64,000 bases of DNA from Octopus vulgaris. Taxonomy: Eukaryota. This document shows, in pieces, positions 55,471 through 64,000 of this stretch. How positions within the stretch are numbered: position 1 is the first letter of the stretch; each line of letters opens with the position of its first letter. The stretch spans positions 98,084,001 to 98,148,000 of the forward strand of contig OX597824.1 of assembly GCA_951406725.2 (NCBI GenBank). The letters are read 5' to 3'. A program made the translations under genes and the position numbers. The notes beneath the pieces are model-generated. The model was not told the origin of the DNA. It saw only the letters and a list, made by a program, of their open reading frames with translations, and did no database searches.

Positions 55471-55688
55471 GGTTTCCACGCCGGGCGAAATGCTCAGCGG
55501 TATTTCGTCTGCCGTTACGTTACTAGTTCAAATTCCGTCGAGGTCGACTTTGCCTTTCATCCTTTCGGGATCGATTAAATAAGTACCAGTTACGCACTGG
55601 GGTCGATATAATCGACTTAATCCATTTGTCTGTCCTTGTTTGTCCTCTCTGTGTTTAGCCCCTTGTGGGTAGTAAAGAAATAGGTTTC
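55471..55688 (+). mobile_element. 5'-truncated SINE family B with GGTTTC direct repeats
   Basis: Body matches 42700-42905; GGTTTC at 55471-55476 and 55683-55688. Confidence 0.9.
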
Positions 55689-55934
55689 GTCCCTGTGACT
55701 GCTAACGAGAAGGTCAGAGCAAAAAGAATGTATGCAGATAGAGTAACAGTTGTGTTCTCGTATTCGTGGCAGGACATATCTGAAGTGAGAAACACAGCCA
55801 TGCTTATTGGCAGGCGCCGAATTACCAAAACAGATCGACTGATATTTGTTTGTGTATCTATAAGTTCTCTCATTAAATTAGGTCAAGCTAAAACGATGAA
55901 ATTTTCCAGTTTTGTCCCGTACATGCCTGTAATC

Positions 55935-56060
55935 CATTTACAGCTGAGTGGACTGGAGCAACGTGGAAGGGAGTGTTTTGCTCAAGAGTACGATTCGGGA
56001 ATCGAACCAGTGACCGCTGAATCACGAGTGCAACATCCTAACCACGGAGCCAAGTGACTT
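55935..56060 (-). mobile_element. SINE family C (diverged)
   Basis: CAGCTGAGTGGACTGGAGCAACG..TTGCTCAAGA..GGAATCGAACC..CCTAAACCAC. Confidence 0.8.
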
Positions 56061-56754
56061 CAAGTTGCACGAATACGTATGTGCGTGAGTGTATGTATGA
56101 CCGTACACACACACACACATGAGCGCAGATACACACACAAACACACACCACTTGCTAATTCACCCAATTGTGAATTAATTAGGATAATGCAGTTTATTAC
56201 TTACCAATAATTAATATACTTCTAACACAGCGGGAGATTTTTGAAATATTTCAAATGAACTTCATTTTAAAAAAATGTGACCTATACAAAATACGATGAA
56301 TGAAGTTTAACCTTAATTACATTATACATAATTAATTCTGTTACTTTTTGCTAATTAACGCATAATCTCAGTGTTTTGTTTGTCAGTTGATAGCCATGAC
56401 TTCAACATCGAACGGAAATCGCTTGCATTCTGGATTGTGATTTCATTTACTTTGTACACTAATTACTTAAACAACACCTGTTCATTTATTTTAAAATATT
56501 GATATCCATTAATATATTTGTTTTTATACAGAAAAGGTTGTTAGTGACTTCGAAGTTTTTCACTGGTGTTACAATCAAACTTGTCCTTGTAATAATAAGC
56601 GTGATACTCCAAATAAATGCATTAAACTAAATACTTGATTAGTTCTAGGTACCGTTGCACACACACACACGCACACACACACATTCATACACACACACGC
56701 ACACAGTCACACATGTATACACACACGCACATATATGTATGTGTGTTTATCCGT

Positions 56755-56935
56755 TACTTTTAATCTGTTTCAGCCATCAGATCGCGGCCATGCTGGAGCT
56801 TTAGTTGAACAAATCAACCTTAGCACATAAGTCTGGTAGTTACTGTATCGGTGTCTTTTGCCGAACTACTAGATTACAGGGATGTAAACAAACCGACACT
56901 ATTTATCATGCAATGGAGGGGAGCACACACACACA
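56755..56935 (-). mobile_element. SINE family A, 3' half (old copy)
   Basis: TGTTTCAGCCAT..GCGGCCATGCTGGAGC..TTTTGCCGAAC. Confidence 0.75.
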
Positions 56936-56986
<51 letters not shown>

Positions 56987-59614
56987 GTGTGTGTGTGCGT
57001 GTGTGTGTGTGTTTATTACTGTTTATTAGTCAATGATTAATATTTTAAGCATTGCGGAAAGAAGGGGAAACAACTACAAACCTGTTGCATTGTTATTATG
57101 ACCTCATCAGTGAAGTCTATATTTGCCGACGTAGGGACGACAGAATTTTCAAGTAGTTGTGAAATATTGTACAAAGGTAGAGTTTGACATTTAACACAGT
57201 TTTAAAATAAAACACCAATGGAAATTTCTCAGAGAAGCCATTCTCATGAAAAGCAATAGTAAAGTTAGCGTCAGCATATTTAATGCAGTGAACATTAAAT
57301 ACTTAATTAGAAATAATTATGCAGTAAATAAAATACAATATTAGTCAATGGCTTATATTATCTTAATTGTTCTAGCTTGTGTGGGGAACAACGCCGGGCG
57401 TGTTTGCCTGAGAAGGTGTAATAAGACCGAAACATAACTATATGTTTATTACTCTACCTACAGGATATAGCTGAGAGTAGAGGAAAATCATAAAGGGAAA
57501 ATACCATATTTGCCTTGACATTGCTCCTCAACTCTTTGGTTGAGTCGTAAGAGTGCCGCCGTGGGGTAAGGCGCGACTTGGGTAAGCTTAGACCAGGCTG
57601 AGCCCATCCCGTCCAGACCAGATCACAACCGATTTCTTATAGAGAGACAAGAGGAAGGACTAACAGAAATAAAAGAGCGAGAGAAAAGAGGACTCGACCT
57701 CAATACAGAACTGGTAAGTTTACTTGTCCAACCCGAAACGGTAAAAGCTGGCCTCGACGGGACTTGAACTCAGAGTGCAGAAACAGTTACCGCACAGCAA
57801 TCAATCCGACGAGCTAACAATTCTGCCAATTATCTGCTTTGTAATTAATTTTTACTAATTATGGCTCAAGGCCAGCACTAATTTATTTTCTCGACATCCG
57901 AAAAGATGAAAGACAAAGCTGACCTCGGCGAAATTCGAGATGCTATTGTCGAGAAAATGGCGGCCTGTATCAATGAATCTATATTGATTTTAGTGAACAG
58001 CCAGAAATATATTTTTTTACTTAATTGGAGTACAATTTAATTGCACTAATTGTGATTTCTTTTTCCTTTTATGACAATAACCAGTCGTCTCAATTACAGG
58101 TCTGTTTAATTAATCACATTGATTAATTAAATATATTTTATGATTCAGTTACTTCCGTTTGTTACCAAGGGGTTAGACGTTCTTCATGATTTTTCTTAGT
58201 TGAATTAGAAGCCAACCACGACCACCACTACCACTACTACTACTACTATAATTGCTGCAACCACAACTATTGCATCTACGACCAACACTACCACCGCCAA
58301 CAAGGATGTCACCACCACAATCACTACCATCACCGCCAACACCACCGCCATCAACAACCACAGCGAAAAAACCTGAATGTGGTCTTTCAATTTTCTAGAA
58401 ATAGCAGTCAAACTACCCTCAACTTAGTTACTACCATCTTAGAAAAAACGGAAGGATATATTGCATTATGTATAATTGGCATTTTGTTGGAAGCGGGTTT
58501 CTACCCAAGGGAAATGAAGAATAGCTTTGGTACCCGTATAATTTGAACAGAAAACGTTATCAGACGAGTTAATTACACATCAGAAAAAATTGTGTCGGGC
58601 AACTTACCAATTCTGTAGAGTAACACCCCCCCCCCACCAAGTGACACCACACATTCAACGAATATTAATCACGAGTTTCTTGAAAGGTATGAATAGCATG
58701 TATGTGTGTGTGCGCGTGTGTGCGGGCAGGTCGTGTATGTTTATATTTTCCCCAATATCTTAGTCATGATAATCAACATACGAAACCGGTAGACTGGGGT
58801 AATATTCTATCATATAAGATATATTTGAAATATATAAATTGTGTGCATTTTCCTTCCTTATATATTTTTTCACTACAACTCACCATGAAAATATTTCCGG
58901 CAATTTTTTTTACTATATATATATACACATATATAGGGGAGAATTCACAAAAAAACAAAAGACGAAGACAGGTGGTCTAGACAACAAACATATGTATTAG
59001 TATAATGCTCGGGAAGTGAAAAACTTAGCGGTTCGCCAAAGGGGAATCAATAAAATAACTCAGCAGGTGAGGGTGTGGTTGTTACTTTCTGTTGCTTCCT
59101 TGCTGTTTCTTATCGCCACATTCTCCCTCTTTGTTTCTCTCTCACTTTCCCATTCTCTTACTCTTCCTTTCTCTCGGATTCTCCCTCGCTTTCTCTTACT
59201 CTCTGTCTTTCTCTATCTGTCTCTCTCCCATTTATAAAAAAACAAAAGATCTTGAGTCAGTTGAGAAAGAAAACATTTTGAAAGATCAATCATAAATATC
59301 AGACAACGGAAAGCGCACTTGCCTTTTGTACGGGCCTCTATTCGAGCGATTAAAAATAAGGAAAAAAAAGGGTTTCGTTGTTAAATTTAGTTCTTATTTT
59401 GGGAATTTTTCGACGATTGACCATGCAAATGAAAGCTCTAAACACGGGTTACATGTAACTGTAAATTTCTTTCAGAAAAAATGAAAACTGTAAACAATAA
59501 AAAATAAAGGCGAAAATACGTAAAATGAGAAAATTTTTTTAACTTCGAAAATCTTGCCTTAATTTTCAAAATTTCGAACCCATGTTCCGCGCTTAAATTA
59601 CAAATCCACTTCTA

Positions 59615-59910
59615 GTTTACCACATGTCTCTAACTAATTTAGTCACATTACTTTTATCGATGTGCCGGGAAGAAGATAAATGGTTTGCATAACGTCTTTT
59701 GAATTTGCCCTCACATAACTCGATGTAATTCCTCTTTTCAATTGATTTGTCTTGGAGCGTAGCTGTAACATCAGCCTCGTATATAACGGAGTTTATCATA
59801 CACGCCTGGTCAAGTGGACAAGCTTCAGGGTGTCGACAGTTACAAATAGCAATTGTCTCTTGGTGATTTTTGCAAGTTCTAACGTTCTTCATATTGGGGC
59901 AGCAGCTGTA
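59615..59910 (-). mobile_element. Penelope-like GIY-YIG endonuclease fragment
   Basis: ORF 59617-60027 contains SYSCCPNMKN..CNCRHPEACPLDQACMINSVIYEADV..YIELCEGKFKRRYANHLSS..NVTKLVRDMW (CNCR..CPL..C, VIY..YIG..R..H). Confidence 0.9.
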
Positions 59911-60689
59911 TGACAAAGACACACAGACACCAACATCCGCCACTCGCAAGCGAACACCATTCGGTTGCATGTGCCTTGCTTTCGCTAACTCTTTTAAGCG
60001 TCTCTCTGCAGTCACGCACACACACACACAGACATCCTCTCCACCTCGCCATACTCGAACCAGTATTTATGGTATGACAGACGGAATGAAAGTGGAATGT
60101 CCTCAGCACTCGGCAAGGATTCATTTATCAGCTGAATGGATAAGAACAATGCAGGGATCGAACTTATGACTTTATGCTCGTTAGCGCAACACATTAACCA
60201 CAGGGCCTGGTACTTTCAAGTCCTGCTCAATCCCAACATTATTGTTAATCCATTTTACTCCGCTCACGGGATAAAGTCCTACGATTAGTAAAAGATTTAT
60301 TGTTTTCCAGGAATAAATCCCTCTTGGCTTAGTGTCATCGCAGCTATTTGAACTCAGAATGCGTAGATCTTAGAACATATACTGCAAGGCAACTCGCCCG
60401 GTGCTCTCCTTTATTTATCGACGCCGAAACAACGAACGCCTAAAATTAACTTGGTCGGAATTGGAACTCGGGGCATTGGGTACGAGAACAAATATTAAGG
60501 GCATGTCTGACGACGCTGCCTCTACGCCACCATTCGATTGTATGTATGTATGCATGTATGTATGTATGTATGTATACTCGTGCATATTAAAAACATCGAT
60601 ACATACGTACTTACACTCATACATATAAGCATAGGTCTAGAACAAGATAGCAAAAGAGCAAACACCTCCAACATAGGAAGTTGACTAGA

Positions 60690-61085
60690 TTCGGATGGGT
60701 GAGAGAAAGGAACAGCGGTGAAACAAATTAAAACTTCCACCAAGTTAAAACGCTACCAGCGAGATATTGCTGTGTGGTGGACCACAAGGAAAAGATATGT
60801 TCTGTTGTGGAAACCAACTGCCCTCTGGTCAAGAATGTGGTTAGAGAAATACAAGAGAAAGAAGACATCTCTGGCCCATTGGCAAGGAGTTTGTAAGTCT
60901 AGAAACCCAAGATAGACTTTCAGCTTTATAACCATTATCGGAGCAGCAGGATACATACCAACCCGTCTGGATTACTGAGCTTGGGTTCTTGGAGAGAGGA
61001 TGCAGACCCTTAACTCGAATAGTACAAATGATCACGATATGTGGTGGCACTATTAAAAATCTGCGGGAGATTTTTAAGATTTAAA
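60690..61085 (+). mobile_element. Decayed R4/Dong-type LINE restriction-like endonuclease domain
   Basis: IKTSTKLKRYQRDIAVW.DHKEKICSVVETNCPLVKNVVREIQEKEDI..IIGAAGYIP (decayed RPD..E..P..EK..Y..IGAxG). Confidence 0.75.
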
Positions 61086-61367
61086 GAATGATGAAGAAAA
61101 CAACCTTTTCTACGAAACAAGTGACCGGTCCGGATTCATTGTGAAGTGAAAAGGGAAACAAGAACATACATACTTATTATATACATACATGCATACATAC
61201 ATACATGCATAGGTAGGTAGGTAGGTAGGTAGGTAGGTAGGTAAGTAGGTAGGTAGGTACGTACGTTAGTGAGGAGGTAGACAAGCAAACAGACAGACAG
61301 GCAGATAGGCAGGCAGACAGTCAGACAGATAGACAAATAGACAGACAGATGAGAGAAAGAAAGAGAG

Positions 61368-61423
<56 letters not shown>

Positions 61424-62363
61424 GATGGTATGGAGGGAAAGTAGTGCTGAAGGGTTCCTAGTTTCCTGTGTATCTGGTGTCGCTATTGAACTCCAACAGG
61501 TTTTCTCTTAATTCCATGTCTGAAGAACATTATTACTGTGTGTGCGGACGTGCGAATGTGTGCATGCGTGAGAGAATGTGTGTGCGTGCGGGCGTGTCTG
61601 CGCGCGCGAGCAGGAGTGCGCGTGCGTACGAGTGTGTTACGCGCACACATGAAATGGCTGCTAATTCGTTTTTGCTGTTATTGACACATACATTTAACAG
61701 GTGTGTGTATGTGACATACATATATATTCTGTATGTGTTTGTATGGGTGTGTGTGTAAATTGACCGAGATACACGCGTATGTGGGTATATATAAATGTAT
61801 GTGTGTATATATATGTGTGTGTGTGTGTGTGTGTATCTGTGTGTATTTCGATGAAGCCCACTGAAGTGAAAAGAAAATTTTGCAAGAATGAGAATTAAAT
61901 ATGAATGGCGTTGCAAAGTGTTTCTCGTTCCTTCTTGAAATGTTCCTCGCGCACAAAAGCTATGCTTGACTCGCGCTGGTATAGAATCACGCCAGCGCCC
62001 CCATGTGGCTAAGTCATACATGAACCATTGGAATTCCATTCCGGGTGATCAGTTTGAATGCCACGTCTGTCAAGAAGAAGCCTGCAAGTCGTGCCGAGGA
62101 CAGAAGCGAACACTCGAACGTTTATAATAAAGATTGAAGACGATAACAGAGCCAAGGCTGAAATGAGACATTGCGGCAGTAAAGGGGATCAGATCGTCAA
62201 ACATTTTTCAGGGCTCAAAAGTCAATAAAGATCTCACACAAGGAAAGAGCAATAACAGACACAAGAAGGGGTCAAGTTCTGCAAGGAGCAGACATACCCT
62301 GATTAGGAATTAATAACTTTACCTTTACGGTTATTTTATGCTTGCTAACCACTTATTCTTCTT

Positions 62364-62602
62364 CTTATTATTATTATTATTATTATTATTATTGAGTGAG
62401 AGAGCAGTGCATGCCATCAAAGTGACACTGGGGTAAAATATACGAAGCCCAGTATACCCATCATGACTACCCGTCTCATAAGGGTACACCAGGCACATGC
62501 ATCACAACCATATGTGCGCGACATGGTGATCTCATATCAAGATAAATAGCGCATAACCTTGCAGGTGAGGCCCAGTTAGAATTTTCTTCTGGTCGAGTTG
62601 CC
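62364..62602 (-). mobile_element. Probable LINE 3' UTR with (TAA)n tail
   Basis: Complex-sequence block directly abutting (TTA)n at 62364-62393, the same arrangement as 6847-7165. I recall it as a common octopus repeat but have not verified this. Confidence 0.45.
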
Positions 62603-63139
62603 ATCTGGGATAATTTTAGTAACAAATAAAACAGGTAAGATGCATTAAGAATTTCAATTTTAGTGTTTATCCATAATGTTATTGCTTTTACACCTGTTAA
62701 TTAAATTTACCTGCCTATAAAAGTCAAATTTATTCAGCAAGATCAGCTAAAATTGCATAACAATAAACCAGTGGTACATAAAGGACCCACTGACAAATTT
62801 CAAATCTGTAAGTAAAAAACTTACAAAGTTACAAGCAAATATTGTGGATTCCCTTCTTGAACCTGAATAATTCAAAATAATGTGAACAAATAAACTTTAC
62901 ATTTGACAGATTTGAACACTAAAGATGTTTGAGGTGTTTTTTTTCTTACACACTCACATAACACGGTCTCCCTCGGTTGGGACTACACGTGTGTTATTTT
63001 GACATCATCGATCCCTAAAATTTGTTTATGGGGAGGAAAATATTGAAAAATATCAATAGATGTGTGAGTGAGAAAGGAACAAGGAGGGAGGTTTGGGAAT
63101 GTGCTAGATACAACAGCCAGATCGCCCTTAAATTACACA

Positions 63140-63690
63140 TTTTCCTCTGAAATTATTAACATATTTTTCTTAAACCGAAAATGTTCCTCTCACGGGTTTT
63201 AAGTGCGTAGTGAAAAAAAAACAAATGACCAAAATCGTTTCGGACTGGGATGGTGGGGAGGAGGTGTAAGTGAAATATGCCTCCCATCATTCTGAAGATT
63301 TTGGTAAAAAAAATATTGGAATAAGTCTTCGTCAAAACGGAGAAATTCCAACTTATGTTGTCCAGAAACTCCTCCCCCAACCCCCTCCATAATTTTGCCT
63401 ACAAATTTCTTTTTAATCAAAATCTACACCGTTTGAAAGGCATTTCTATAAAATTCCATTAAAAAATACCTGTTTTCCAGAAAGTTATGAGGGGGAAAAT
63501 GTTAGGTCCTGTGAATTTTCCGAAACTTCTCAATCCCTCGGAAATTTTTTCAACAAATCTTTCAATACACTCAATCTACCGGATATAAGCGATTATTTGG
63601 TGAAAGTTTCGTTAAAAGATATCCATTTTTCTGCAAGTTAAGAGGCAACAAAGTCGGTCGGGTATCAAACTGTAGAGATGCCATTTTCAA
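63140..63690. mobile_element. Possible non-autonomous DNA or Helitron-like element relic
   Basis: Recurrent AAAATT/GAAATT/AAAGTT motifs and GAAAGTTTCGTTAAAAGATATCCA, reminiscent of the element at 36832. Confidence 0.3.
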
Positions 63691-63694
63691 TAAA

Positions 63695-63834
63695 ACGTTA
63701 ACGTTAACGGATTCACGTTAACTTCCGTTACAATTTCAAAGAATTAACGGATTAATGATTAACGAAGTTAACTCTTTGGTTAACGGATTAACGATTAACG
63801 GAGTTAACTTTTCGACAAACGGTGCGCACCTCTG
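63695..63834. mobile_element. End of a hAT-like DNA transposon with subterminal GTTAAC/TTAACG repeats
   Basis: About 10 clustered TTAAC-core motifs ending in GTGCGCACCTCTG (minus strand CAGAGGTGCGCAC, a CAG-initiated TIR-like end), abutting (AT)n. Confidence 0.55.
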
Positions 63835-63873
63835 CATATACATTTATATATATGCATATATATATATATATAT

Positions 63874-64000
<127 letters not shown>

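Noticed and set aside
62045-62130. FECHVCQEEACKSC zinc-finger-like peptide
   Set aside because: No histidine ligands in frame and no open-frame context; at best a LINE C-terminal relic.

Overview
Eukaryotic, AT-rich, extremely microsatellite-dense DNA. The tRNA-derived SINE families and the mix of Penelope, RTE, R4/Dong-type and Tc1/mariner relics look like an octopus (coleoid cephalopod) genome; this is recognition from recalled repeat sequences, not a database result. I find no intact host protein-coding gene, and almost all ORFs in the track are translations of (AT)n, (GT)n, (GA)n, (AAT)n, (GGT)n or (ATGT)n tracts. The window reads as a large intron or intergenic stretch. It holds at least four SINE-like families (labelled A-D here), decayed transposase, LINE and endonuclease fragments, a Helitron-like element and a few unique islands that look regulatory. 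Three signals stand out. (1) A dispersed set of minimal type I hammerhead-ribozyme motifs: one essentially intact (34324-34363), one placed directly downstream of a tRNA-like Pol III cassette inside a Penelope-like element end (18783-18980), and a decayed tandem array (32705-32880). (2) A SINE that occurs as head-less multimers with a fixed junction, one of them bounded by a single 10-bp target-site duplication. (3) A promoter or first-exon-like island at about 41.8-42.6 kb bracketed by inverted SINEs. Boundaries of decayed elements are approximate.
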